Source: Lytechinus pictus (Eukaryota). Taken from it: DNA of 64,000 nucleotides. The notes beneath the pieces were generated by a model. It saw only the letters and a program-made list of their open reading frames with translations. It did no database searches and was not told the DNA's origin. Position numbers and translations under genes: made by a program. Below, piece by piece: positions 38,562 to 53,500 of this stretch; positions within the stretch are counted from its first letter, which is position 1, and the number at the start of each line of letters is the position of its first letter. The stretch is taken from NCBI RefSeq assembly GCF_037042905.1, contig NC_087251.1, forward strand, positions 3,906,001-3,970,000. Reading direction: 5' to 3'.

Positions 38562-41500
38562 CTATCAAATACAAATACCGGTAGAGTATATCTTACTCAA
38601 GAAACAAAATTGAATTCAACATCAAAGAGATCACAAATGTAGAATGAATACATATGTGAATATTTTACTACACAGTGAAAAACTAGTGGAATAAACATCA
38701 GACAGTTGCTCAACTATTTTTATGTAAAGGTATACAACAAAATATCTACTTAAACTTATCCACTTTTTGCATACTCCCCCTGGAATTAAAGAAGAACCTA
38801 GTATAGGCTTGAATCATGTTATAAGGATAAATATCCAGAATAAAAAATCTCCTTAAAAAATAAAGAGAACAGATTTTGTTTTTAATCCACTTGAATACAA
38901 TTAAAATTTCTTTCGCATCATGATGTGTGCTGGGCATTATAAGAGACTTACCTTCCATAATGTTGGTGTTTGCTGTCTACCATAGTAATGAGATTTCTCA
39001 GCGTATAATGAGGGTGAAGCTTATCAGGTGGAATAGCCTAGGATAAATACAAGAATGTACATAACATCTGTAAACAAAATCAGTTAGGCTAAACTATTAT
39101 CAGATTATCTGCCCATACATCTTTAACCATTATTAAACTGGGGGGGGGGTCAATTTGACCCCCCCCTCAACAAATTTTGTCACTACACCGTCGCACAAAT
39201 TTTTTTGACTGCACCGCTCACTGACTTTTTACTTTCAAGTCTTGCGCATCTTTTGAGACCAAATTTGCGACGCCTGGGTACGTGATTCCAAAATTACGCT
39301 ACGTTTTGTAAGTGCATGTCTAACCAGAAATTGCTCAAAAACGTGATTCCGTGTAAAAAGTCAATGCAAATTGTGTTTTCAACCAAAAATCATAAATGTA
39401 TGATTATTTTTAGTTTTTTTGGTTTAAATGGATTTATTTTATGCTATTTATGATCGCAAAAGGGTCCTCGACAAAGTTCATCGGGAAAAACAATAAAAAC
39501 AAAGGTTTGAAAAAACAAAGAAATGCATAAGAATTTAAAAAACAATAAATACATAAGAAATTAATTATATTTTTGCTATTTTTTGTAGATATTTGTTAGA
39601 AATGTAATAATTGATACTCCCACCAAAAATTAGCATTCTACTAGCTATATAAATTGAGTTAAAGGCAAATACATACACAAAAACCAAATTTATGGCAAAT
39701 TTCATATGCTTATTTGTATAATTAATAATTTTTTTTTTTTTTTCAAATTGAAAGTTTTACTATACACTCTTGTACCGGTAGTTTAAATCCGGCTCTACGC
39801 GCTTGCAAATTTTCGCGGCGATTGCGCAATCAGCGGCCGAGATCTGAGGGGGGGTCAAAATGACCCCCCCAGTATATACTGGTCCGAAATAGCCCAGTTA
39901 AGATAGGGTTAAAGGACAAGTCCACCCCAACAAAAAGTTGATTTGAATCAAAAGAGAAAAATCCAACAAGCATAACACTAAAAATTTCATCAAAATCAGA
40001 TTTAAGATAAGAAAGTTGTGACATTTTTAAGTTTCGCTTAATTTCACAAAACAGTTATATGCATATCCCGGTCGGTATGCAAATGAGGGAACTGATGACA
40101 TCACTCACTATTTCTTTTGTATTTTATTGTATGAAATACAAATTTTCAAATTTTCTCCTCATTGTCCTGTGAAACAAAGTTTTATTCCTCCCTGAGCATG
40201 TGGAATTACCATTGTTTAACATTTTATGGTTCAGTCAAGTTGGTTCTTATTGTCAAATCTGTAAAAATTTAAATATTGTATAATTCAAACAATAAAAAAC
40301 AAAAGAATTAGTGAGTGAGGACATCATCGATTCTCTCATTTGCATGTGACTAAATTGTGCATATAACTATTTTGTGAAAAATAAGCGAAACTTTAAAATG
40401 TCAAAAATTTCTTATTTTACATCCAATTTTGATTAAATTTTCACCATTGGGTCATTCCATCTGGATTCACCCAGTATCTGTTTAGGCATTTTGATGTTCA
40501 GCAATATATATCATATATATATATATATATATATATTCTTGTTAGTAAAGTGTTTACTTTTATCATCAAATTGTTGAGTATATGCCTATTTACTAACAAG
40601 AATATATATATGATGTATATATATTGCTGAACATCAAACTGCCTAAACAGATACCTATTCATGAGCATAAATGTTTAATGTTTCATTTGTGAACTGATGA
40701 GCTTAATTTCTTTTCATGTGTTTGCATACTGTAACTTAAGATTGGAAGAAATCATGTAACTGGTAAACACTTTACTAACATGAATATCAGTATGTAGGAC
40801 TAGAGTGAAATTTCATGGTATCTTTGGAAGAGTTTTAAAAGGTGAAGAAATAAAATATCATCATTGGTTTTAACATATTTTGTCAATATCATACAAATAA
40901 TTAACATACATGAAAATCAAGTTAAAAAATTATTTGTCCGGGGGTCAAACTCAAGGTCAAAGTAAAGGTCAAAGGTCACGACCTTATAAATCGCTCCAAT
41001 ACATTATTTGATGCATGTTTTGGATTCCTCTCTGAATTTCCTAATAAATGGTACCAATTTCATGAAAATTGGTCAACACGTTACGACGCAATGGCCATTG
41101 AAAGTTGAAGGTCACGCCCATTTTTGTCAAAACAAGGAGAAAAGGGCGGGCCGTAGCGCAAGAACCGACGGACCAATTGGACTATTTTTTTTTGTTTTGT
41201 GCGTGGGCCATGGTGAATTTTATGTGTACCAATTTACAACGAATTCCGAGAGGGTCGGGTGCAAAATTGCATATTCACTGGGTGAATTGGCATGGAATGA
41301 CCCCATTATGCTTGTCTGATTTTTCTTTATTGATTCAAATCAACATTTCTCTAAGGTGGACTTGACCTTTAAGTAAATCAACAATACTGTTTCAATGACA
41401 TCTTTCTTCAGCCATTTTCCAAATTTAATGTTCATTTAAGATACCTGTTTAATTTACATTGCAAGATGACAGTGTTTTGAAGCATAAGAGACAATTTCTG

Positions 41501-44500
41501 ATGTAAACACCACTGCATGGCAAATTCATGCCCATCAATTTCTTCTTCAAGTGTTAAATTTATTAATTAGACTGACTTGGCATGAGATTTCTTTCAAAAG
41601 AAATACTGTGTCCTCCTTCTCATCATTATTAGTATTACTTTCATCATCACCCAACATCTGAATGTTTCCCTCAGTGAGGAATGGGGTCTTTTAGCCATTT
41701 TTTCCCTATGCTCTTGGATCCTTCAGCATGAAATTTACCTACCCCGTGCTGCCCCCAACCCAACTGAGGCGAAGGGGTATCTGGTAGGATTACTTGAATG
41801 AACTGAGCAATGGAAAAGGCAGCTAAAGCTATTAAAGTCAGGGTAATGATAATAGTCTATATCTATAACTACCTATTATGATTCCAAGGCCATATTTCAA
41901 ATCATCCTGAGTACAATCAACCCATTATTTCCTCCATTGTGTAAAAATATAATAAGTCTTAGAACAGACTATAACAGGCTTCAAATTATGCATAAAAACA
42001 AATAGAGAATGTCTTACTTGACTAAAGCACAGGAAGAGCACACTACTATTGAGCTTCTCAACTGCTGAAGAAAACTCCCGAAGACTGAGTTCAGATTTGC
42101 AGAATCGACTTTGGAGTAAAAGAAAATAAATGCTGATTATAACTTACTTTCTATTGAAATGCAGTTTGTCATTTTTATGGTGTTAAAATGTTTAAAAAGA
42201 AAATACATGGGAAAAGGTGCACACCATAATACCAAATAAGCTGCATGGTATGCTATTATCAACAGAAATAGATCATAAATATAAATAACAATGAAAATGT
42301 CTCAGTATTCAAATAAGTAGATGAATAAACAGATAAACAAATGCATACATAATAGGATGAGATAAGAAAATTAATAATAATAATAATAATATTCCGCATT
42401 TATATAGCGCTTAATACATCGGAACGACGTCTCTAAGCGCTTTACAGACATTATTTATAATATATATAAATATATATAAATATATCAATCCACCCATTGA
42501 TCAAACATGGATAACTATGTTACAAAGTATTTTTATTGAAAATGATTTTAAAAATATATATATATTAAACATGTGGAATGCCTCTGGCAGTCTCACCTGC
42601 ATCACGCGATTCAATATAGCAGCAGTGCTGACTTTGAAAACTACTATAAAATAATTATTCACAAAAAACTCCATTCATATAATGATACAATACTACGTTC
42701 ATTGACATTTGACCTTGATCATGTGACCTAAAAATTGTCAGTGATACTTGATTACCCCTATATCCACATTTTATACACTATATCTATAAACTTTGGAAGT
42801 TATGACAGCAATCTAACATTACCTCTAAAATGCAGGCATGAGAATGACTTTCTTGAAAAATATCTGAAAGGAAATTAAACCTACAGACAGAGTTCCAGGG
42901 GCAGCGCCCCTGGCAGGGTGCAGTGGCAGCGCCCTTGCTGGGGTTCAGGGGGCAACGCCCCCTGAAGCTCCTGGGTTTTAGCATTTAAAGGGGGTATAGG
43001 AAGCCATTCTGGAGTACCAATTGTGTTTGTCTCCAGTGGCATGCTGACGCAGTGTTTAAGACCTCCGTTGCCATACCTTATGCTGTCATTGCACCATGGC
43101 ATAAGCACCAAGCTTCACCGGGATTGTACAGCTTAAAAAAACAATCCCCGGCCAAATGTTGATCAGAAGTGCCTTCCAAAATTATATGGTCACACCACGA
43201 CCAGTTCCATCTATTTTTGACGGATTTATCTATCTCTTTCGGGTCCGCTTCTCCCCCATCGCGATCAACGTACTTCGGTGTGGATGCCGCCATTTTGATA
43301 CTAGAGACTGAATTAAAGCCACCGCATGATTTTCGCTCGCATCGTTCATGTCAGTGGTGCGACTGAAGTAGTGCGCGGTGCAGTCTCGCGCTCCGTGCGT
43401 GTTGCTGCTTGAGCTAGCAACGGATCGATCAGTGCGTTCCCCGTCGGCGCGGCCCGGTAAGGATTCAGCCTCGCGGTGACTCGCTACCCCCCAGACCCTA
43501 CCCCCCAAATATTATATCAAATTCACATCGAACTCGGCGACCACAGATTTTGATGAACAAAAATTGGAATTCCGATAAAAATCTGACAATTCTCATGCCT
43601 GAAAATGGCCAAAGTTCAATGACCTTAAATGACCTTTGACTTTGGTCATGTGACCTGAAACTCGCATGAGATGTTCAGTGATACTTGATGACTCTTATGT
43701 CCAGGTTTATGAACTAGACCAATGTACTTACAGAGTTATGATGGTAATTCAAAAAATACCCCCAACATAGCCACAGTCCACGGACCTTTGACCTTGATCA
43801 TGTGACCTGAAACTCGCACAAGATGTTCAGTAATACTTGGTTACTCTTATGTCCACGTTTTATGAACTAGACCAATATACTTACAGGGATATGATGGTAA
43901 TTTAACAAATACCCCCAACATGGCCAAAGTTCATTGACCTTAAATGACCTTTGACCTTGGTCATGTTACCTGAAACTCACACTGGATATTTAAAGATACT
44001 TGATTACTCTTATGTCCAAGTTTCATGAATCAGATCCATAAACTTTTGAAGTTATGATGGTAATTCAACAGATACCCCCATTATGGCCAAAATTCATTGA
44101 CCTTTGACGTTGGTCATGTGACCTGAAATTCGCACAGGATGTTCAGTGATACCTGATTACTATTATGTCCAAGTTTTATGAACTAGACCAATAAACTTTT
44201 AAAGTTATGATGGTATTTCAACAAATACCCCCAATTTGACCAAAGTTCATTGACCCTAAATGACCTTTGACCTTAATCATGTGACCTGAAACTTGCACAG
44301 GATGTTCAGTGATACTTGATTACTCTTATTATAACAGTTTCATGAACTAGGTCCATATATTTTTTAAGTTATGATGACATTTCAAAAACTTAACCTTAGG
44401 TTAAGATTTTGATGTTGATTCCCCCAACATGGTCTAAGTTCATTGACCCTTAATGACCTTTGACCTTGGTCATGCGACGTGAAACTCAGGCAGGATGTTC

Positions 44501-47500
44501 AGTAATACTTGATTAACCTTATGGCCAAGTTTCATGAACTAGGTCCATATGCTTTCTAAGTTATGCTGTCATTTCAAAAACTTAACCTTCAGTTAAGATT
44601 TGGTGTTGACGCCGCCGCCGTCGGAAAAGCGGCGCCTATAGTCTCACTCTGCTATGCAGGTGAGACAATAATAGTAAGTAAATAAATAAATAAGTAAGAA
44701 AGTAAGTACGTAAATAAATAAAATAAATAAATGAATAAATAAATTCATAATTATATGAAAAATAACGACTGCATAGGAAAGTTTGTTGAAATGTATCTTA
44801 CCTAAAATGAACCTTCCTAACTAGAGGAACATCTAATGTATTGGCAAGGTGAGCTATTAATTGAGCTGTATAACATAGAGCTGCTGATACTTGATGTCCA
44901 GGATTCTGAAGATCTAATTCAGCATCGGGATCAGGGACATCAGTCTCACCTGTCAGAGCTAGACAACACAGAGGAAAAAAAGAGGAATACACAAGATATT
45001 TATTATCTGTTTGTGAAATACAGTACTTACTGAATTATGATCAATGATCCAAGGTGATAACACCAAGTAGCTCAAATATGTATGAAAAATTGTCTAATTT
45101 TTCCATTGATATCTAGATAATAATCATTTAATCCCAACTCTTCATCTCCTACAACAGATCCATCTTTCCATATCATTATCAAAGGGAAAATCATGGGAGC
45201 CAAGTTTCACATATAACTTTTCTCGAAAATTCACCCTTTTATCTAGATACCTCGTCCCACTAACACAAAGGTTTGCAATCAATCAGACAAATCTGCTTGA
45301 TTTACATGCAACCCCCAAAATAAAGTACAAGTCCCTAATATGCATCTTACATTGCTTGAAAATCAGGTTGCAATTGATTTTTGGAGTTGCATATGATTGC
45401 AACAGGCCTTGGGTCATTAAAAAAAAGAAAAAAAGATTTTCCCAAAATTTGAGATACATGTATGAGGTTTTACCATCCAGGTCCAATTAACTATACTTAC
45501 TACATGCTATATAAGCAGAGTAATCTCCATTGGCTGGTACCCTGACATACGGATGGACGATACTATAATGTGCTTCTCCATTGTTGATAGTTTCTACCCA
45601 GCGACCTCTGACATATGATGTCCTTCTGGCTTCAGCTAATGCGGCGACTAGCTCATCTTCTGATGACTTCTCATCAGCTTCAGACTCAGACATCTGTCGT
45701 ACTTCCTCCTGCCAACTCTCCTCTCTAGGGCTCCTGTGGAAGGATCATTTCAATATCATCTACTTAGCCAGGCATGATTTCATCTTAATTCTATTTTGTT
45801 CTTTCTGTTGGAAATTGAGTAATTAATTCAATCATGAATTTTAGGTTTATGTCTGCTTACATTATATGCATCATGCATCTCAACTTCATATTCTGATATG
45901 GAATAATGATATTGACCACCAAAATATTCTTGGATATGCATAGAAAAACATCACATATCTTAAACTTTAATTCCAATTTGGTTATTATTATTATTTGTTT
46001 GGCGTCACCTGTGCCTGGGAGGCGAAAAGCGAACTGAATCACTATGACCCGCAGGTCTCTCCTCCCGATATAACTGATTGGGGGGAATGCAGGTGGACCA
46101 CTACACCGGGGTTTCCCCCTACTCTTATACTCGAATAGTGCAGTGGGTTCTTAATGATCAAACAATCTAAACAGAATCCAACAAAAATATTTTCCAAATT
46201 GCTTGTACGTATGTATTATAAAGAAAAAGTGTGTGAAATATCTTCGATAATAGCTGAGTAATTGATGACATAAGTAATAAGCAAAATAAGCATCGTAGAA
46301 GGGTCAATAGCTAGTGCACATAGTATCTTGGCAATTTTCATCCTAAATTGGTTTCAAACATATCAGAGTGTTTGGTTTATAATGTCATAACTTAATCATT
46401 CTATATATCTGTGATGTGATGGTAACATTCAATCATTGTAATAAAGCACTGTCTTAACTTGTGTTTACCTGTAAATTCAATGAGATATCTACCATAGACA
46501 AATTTACCATATGAATATTACTTACGTGTGCTGTATTTCAGTGATGGGGAATACATAATGTAATAGCTGCTCTACTTTTGCCTGCCTCTTTGTTCTCAGT
46601 TGCTCATTTTTCTCCTCCAGTGATTCCTTACGGCTGTCTATATTGGTTCTAATGTGCTCTGTTTTAATAAGCACATTTTAAGAAGAAAGGGATATCTTGA
46701 ACAGTTATTACACAGCAGAACAGTTATTACATAGCAGAACCATTGACTGGAATATTATTGCAAGATATTGGTAGCGACAGTAAATTGGAAATGCAAGATG
46801 TAGACCATTCATGAAGCAATGAAAACTTTGAAGTTTACCTTTCAAAAAGGAGCGAACTGTCTGTGCTTTGTTATTGACTGTGTGCATAAATAGCTGGTCT
46901 AAAAATGTCCTATAGCTTTCATATTTTGTTATTCATATTTCTTAATTTGTATACTTCTCATCGATATTCCGTATTTGTACTTCTTCAGTAGCTCTTACAT
47001 CCTTTCTCCCATCAAGAAAGGGTGAATAAATATACTATATCAGAACTTATAATCATCGCCTTATCGTCTCATGTTTCTTTGTTTGTAACACTAGCTTCCA
47101 TATAATTTTTGCTATGCATACTTGAAGCCCCCCCCCCCCCCATTACAAATTACCATAAAAAAGCCCCCAAACTGACTTGGTCTATTGTAGCATGGCTGAT
47201 AAAACAAAGGTCTCTTGCCTCTGCAACATTCAATATGCTTCATATCCCAAGACTTTGTACACAAAATGATGCTAAACGGTTATACCCCATGTCTGAATAA
47301 TCACAAAGTGTTGAGTTCTACATGTATACCAAACTGTACTGGTCACTAACAAACAACATAATGTTCCATTTCAACTTGTTATTTTTTTAGATTTAAGCAG
47401 GATGACGAAGGGCATAAAAAATTGTTATATGTTGAAACCACATATGACATTTACAATGGTGAAACAGGAAACACATTTTACCTAGATATTTCTGTATTTT

Positions 47501-50500
47501 GAGCACTTTCTTGTTATGTTCTTCTCTCTTTGCCTTTACAGCTCTTAGTTCATCCAGATGTTTAATTAATGATTGCTTATCTGATGGGATAAAAGGAATA
47601 TTTAGACTTCACTGTATGATAAATCACAGCAATTAATCAGAAAAAAATAAAGATTTCTTCTGAAGACATGTTGAAATGATATATAAGGAAATCATCAACA
47701 AAACTCCAATGTTAGTTTTGCAGGATTTTTTCATAAAGCGATTCCTTATGTTAAGCTTAACAATGACTGATATATATGGCATTGCTTAACAAGTGTCTTT
47801 GATAACTCTTAGAAGTTCTGTTTGAAATAAATATATGCAGATACTGATGGTTATCACTTTTACTGTTAAAACCATCTTCTTGGCAGTTGTTTACTTTAAT
47901 TTGAATTAGATTAATTTACATTTAGGAGCAAACTTCTGTGGAGCTTTGTGGCCCAGTGGATTAGTCTTCTGACTTTGAAACAGAGGGTCGTGGGTTCGAA
48001 CCCCAGCCATGGCGTAATTTCCTTCAGCAAGGAATTCATCCACGTTGTGCTGTACTCAACCCAGGTGAGATGAATGGGTACCTGGCAGGAATTTATTCCT
48101 TGAAATGCCACCGAGCTGTAAAAGGCTGCGGGGCTAAAGCCAGGGTAATAATATCCAAGTCCTTTGGAAGCGCATAGGGACATAATGACATAATGTGATG
48201 TGCGCTATACAAGAACTGCGTTATTATCAACTTCTAATTCTTACTCAAATTTTGGCATGTCATGCTATAGGCATTAATTGTTATGTATAACTTTTTTAAA
48301 CAGCTTTATGAAACATCTTCATCGAAATATTCCACTTATTATTAGTCTATGAATATAAAATACATTATCCTTAATAAAGTCACATTTCAAACCATAACAC
48401 AAGAAAAAAAATTACCTACCCTTTTCCATCATGATTCTTTCATCTTGTATTGCCATTCGAGTCCATTCTAACCTTCCTTTCATGAGTGATACCTCCCATT
48501 GCTGCATTAATAACAGCAACAACAAAAATAGCAAAAATTAAAATAACAAGTGGAGCGCCTCTGGCAGTCTCGCCTGCATTACGCCATTCAATATGGCAGC
48601 ACAGGCGCGTAGCCAGGGGGGGGGGGGGCGGTCGCCCCCCCCCAAAACGTCCCCAAAAAGAAAAAAAAAGAAGGGGAAAAAAGAGAGGAGAAAAGGAAAA
48701 GGGAAGGGAGGAAAGGGAAGAAAGGTAGCTTTGTGTGTTTTTTTTTTTTTATTCTTAATTTTTTTTCTCAAAATAGAAACTCCTTCACTCTTGCTCTAAA
48801 TTTATATATGAATTTTGCTTCCGCGCTGTGCGCGGTTAAATGACAAAATTCTGAAGTTCTCCATTGTTTCCCAACCCTGTTTTTCCACCTCAGCTATATG
48901 TGTTTCTTGCCAGTTAAAGTTCAAATGTATACATTAGGGCATATGTAATTAGAGTAAGGTTAGGCCGAAGTATATGAAGTTATCTTTTTTTTTAAATTGA
49001 TCGCGCAACTTCTGGTCGGGTCGGCTCCGGGCGGATAAAATCTTTATATCAATTTCTGCCGTCACCTCCATAAAGTCAACTTCTCCCGCTTTTCAGCTCA
49101 TAATTTTGGGGCAAACAGGTTCCTAATTTTAAAAGAGGAAGGTATAAAATTCGTGTCGTGTTAAATAAAAAAGTACAATATTTTTATCAAAGTCTATTAA
49201 ACTTCATGTCAATTCCCTGCACATTCATCTCCTGTCCTGTTTTGCGCCCTCAGTTTGAAATTTTGAATGACACTTAAGTTTCTTTATAATTCAAAATGAA
49301 GCGCTTCAGGATAAGTCAAAGAAATTAGGCATCCTTTTTTTATATAATTTAAATAAATCACAGAAGTTTTAACCCTTTTCGCACTATTTTCCTTGTAATG
49401 AAGTTCAATAATCTTAGAAAATCAATTGAATTAGAGCCGATGAGGTATGAGAGATATCTGCATTTGATGAAACGTCCGCTCTTTAAAATTCCAGAGTTTC
49501 ATTGCTCTGCGCGGGGAGGAATATCTTCCTCCCGGCATATACACTTCTTCTCCTCTGTTTTGCGACTTAAAGATATGCACTGTTGCTAAATTGTTTGTAA
49601 TCAAATCTGATCTTTCCAAGGGAAGTATTCAATATATCATTGAGAATACCCTTTCTCGGGACCCTTTTCATGGCAAAAAAAAATGATAAAACGCTTCAGC
49701 TTCCGCGCTTCGCGCGGGGTTATTATTATATTACTTTTCTCCATTGTATTCCTTTTTTGTGCGTTCACAATCACTTTTGAAAACAAGGTTCATGAAAAAA
49801 CAAGGTTCATAATCACAATATAGTCAACTGAATTGGAGCTGATATAGGTACTAGAATCAAGAGAGACGGCTCCTTTTCATTTTAATTTATGAAACACCAA
49901 AAGCTTCGCGAGGGAGGGGGAAACTCCCCCTCCCTGCACCCACCCCCTAGGGAGCGCGGTTCGCGCGCTCTGTAAGTGTTGGCACGCTTCGCGTGCATTT
50001 ACCGCCCCCTCCAAAATGAAATCCTGGCTATGCGGTTGTGGCAGCAGTGCTGACTTCCAAGGAAAAACAACTACGGAACAATTATCTTTTTAAAACACAA
50101 TTCATATAATAAAATATGTTCATTGACCCTAAATGACTTTTGACCTTGGTCATGTGACCTGAAACTTGCACAGGATGTTCACTGAAACTTGATTGCTCTT
50201 ATATCCAAGTTTCATTAACTAGATCTGTAAACATTCAAAGCTATGATGGCAATTCAACAAATACCCCCAACGTGGCCAAATTTCACTGACCCAAGATGGC
50301 CTTTGACCTGGTCATGTGACTTGAAATTCAGACAGGATGTTCAGTGTTAAACCATCACCCCAACTAATGTCCAAATGTCATTAACTAGATCCATAAACTC
50401 TCAGTTATGATGGCAATTCAACAAATTCCCCCAACATGGGCAAAGTTCATTGAGTTTGACCCAAGATGACCTTTTACCTTGGTCATGTGACTTGAAGCTC

Positions 50501-53500
50501 ACAACGGATTTTCAGTGTATACCATTACCCTCATTCATGAACTAAATCCACAAACTTTCCAAGTTATGATGACATTTCAAAAACCTAAACTTGGTTAAGA
50601 TTTTGATGTAGATTCCCCCAACATGGTCTAAGTTCATTGGCCATAAATGACCTTTAACCTTGGTCATATGACCTGAAACTCAAGCAGGATGTTCAGAAAT
50701 ACTTGATTACCCTTATGTTCAAGTTTCATCAACTGGGTCCATATATTTCCTAAGTTATTATGACATTTAAAAAACTTAATCTTGGTTAAGATTTCAATGT
50801 TGATGACGCCACAGTCGCCGCTGCCGTCGGAAAAGCGGCGCCTATAGTCTCGCTCTGCTATGCAGGCGAGACAAAAATGGCATTAAGACACATTTATAGA
50901 GGCTATAGTATAACTTGACAATCAATAGTGAAAAATAAAAAAACAAAGCAATACACAAATCTCACCGCCTTTTCAGAACTCTGCTAGTTTTTGTTAAGAT
51001 GGACCCTTAAATTCAACAAATGATTTCTATGTTCTCGTCACTTTGCATGCCAGCCAGCCTACAGTCACAGATGGATACATCTGTAGACCAGCAATGTTTT
51101 CTGAATCAGGTGTTCACTCAGGTTTCTGACATTTTATGTGCATCAATAATATGTGAGTGATCAATTCATCTTGACATACAATAAGGCCTACATAAGATTT
51201 TTTTATAATAAAATAAAACAGAGCATTTAAAAAAAAATTCTTAAATCTGAATGTGGCGAAATTACAATAAACAAAAATGTTATTGAATTGCTTTCATATT
51301 TTAAATATTTCAAAAAGAAAATCACATAATACTTCAAAAAATAAAAGATAATAGAAATTATTGGAAACTTGAAACAATTTTAAAGGAAATTGTTTATCTA
51401 GGAATTTAATACCACACATACCTTATCTGCAACTGAATTCCTCTCCTTAAGTCTATTGGCAAGTCTAGAAATAGATGAACAATAAAATTCACTCATTCAA
51501 TATAACATCCATCAATCAAACATTTTGAGAGGGGAACTTCAATTTACCCTGATGGTAAATTGAATGTAGGAAGAGCAACTGGCATACAGATAGGAGGGGG
51601 AGGCATGGCCCCCAAAAGTCCCCATTATAAAACCAAGAATAAAAAGAAAAATAAGGAGTGAAGAAAATAAAAGGAAAGAAAAAAGGTTTGTGAATATTAT
51701 GTCAAAATTTATCAGATAATTAAATCTTATTGAAAAGGCCAAAACTTTTGCACGCTAGCTGCGCTCGTGAATTAAAAACAAGTGGAGCGCCTCTGGCAGT
51801 CTCACTTGCATCACACGATTCAATATAGCAGCAGAACTAAGTACTATGAAATAATTATTCACAAAAAACACCATTCATATAATGATACAATACTACGTTC
51901 ATTGACAATAAATGACATTTGACCTTGATCAGTGACCTAAGACTTGTCAGTTATACTTGATTACCCCTATATCCACATTTTATAAACTGATCTATAAACT
52001 TTGAAAGTTATGACAGCAATCTAATAATCACCTCCAAAGTGGCCAAAGTTCAATGACCTTAAATGATCTTTGACCTTGGTCATGTGACCTGAAATTTGCA
52101 CAGGATGTTCAGTGATACTTGATTACTCTTATGTCCAAGTCTCATGAATCAGATCCATAAACATTCAAAGTTTTGATGGTAATTCAACAGATACCCCCAA
52201 CAGTGCCAAAGTTCATTGACCTTTGACGTTGGTCATGTGACTTGAAATTCACACAGGAAGTTCAGTGATACTTGATTACTCTTATGTCCAAGTGTTATGA
52301 ACTAGCTTAATAAACTTTTAAAGTTATGGTAATTCAACATGGCCAAAGTTCATTGACCTTAAATGACCTTTGCCCTTGGTCATGTGACCTGAAACTCAAG
52401 CAGGATGTTTAGTAATACTTGATTACCCTTATGTCCGAGTTTGATGAACTAGGTCCATATGCTTTCTAAGCTATGATGACATTTAAAAAACTTAACCTTA
52501 GGTTAGATTTTATGTTGACACTGCCGCCGTCGGAAAAGCGGTACCTAGATAGCCTCGCTATGCTATGCAGGCAAGACAAAAAAAATGAAAATCTGTAGTA
52601 TTCATATCCCATGGCAAATATGGAGCAACCATATGCCTGTGACATAAAACTCTAGAAATTCACAGCTTTCTTCTGTTTTAATGGATTTTCATCAAACCTT
52701 CAATAATGGTTTTCTCCCTTTTTCAAAATCAAAATCAACTTGATGTGTGGGTGGACTGCTGCTTTTAAAGCACATGAACAATTTCTGCCTTATACAGTGG
52801 AAACACATGGCAATAGTGATAATTATTCTGATCTTAGTTTCATTAATTTCTTCAGGCAAGAATTGAATAATAAAATGATTCTCATGCACAATCAACTTCA
52901 AGCTTGTTTTAAAATCAAATGAAATTACTTACTTTGACAACAACCTGTCTCTCTCACTTCTCAGCCTTAGAAGTCTGTCAAGTTTTTCACAATACCTGCA
53001 ACAAAATATTGAAATTGTCAAATTGTCAAATTGTCAAACAAATACAACACATTATGTATATGGATCTTGTCGCTGGTAAGGAAACAGTGATTTTTTATGA
53101 TCTAATCAATACATTTTTAAGACATCATATTTTGTAAAATATTTTTTTAATGAATACAAAACCCGAACTATTTTACATTTTTTCAATAATAAAAAACACA
53201 ATTCGTTGACCTCAAATGACCTTATATGATACATTATGAGTATTCTGCTTGCCTTTAATATAAAGTTTGTTACATCGTAAAAACTGAAGCGCTTTATAAA
53301 TAGGCCTACATGTCCCAGGGGGGGGGGGCACTCAGTATATAATGCATAGTGGGTATGTGCCGCAGAGGGGACCCCCATTTTTACACTCAAATTTCCGTTC
53401 CAGGGAATAGCATTTTTGTCTTATTGAGAAAAAGAACAAAGAAAGCCGCTCCAAAGCATAGCATTTTCTTCTTATCGAGAAAAAAGAAGAAATCCGCTCC

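Noticed and set aside
47941-48013. tRNA-Gln(TTG)-like sequence as a functional tRNA gene
   Set aside because: The acceptor stem does not pair, there is no oligo-T terminator, and it runs into a SINE core and tail flanked by a TSD.
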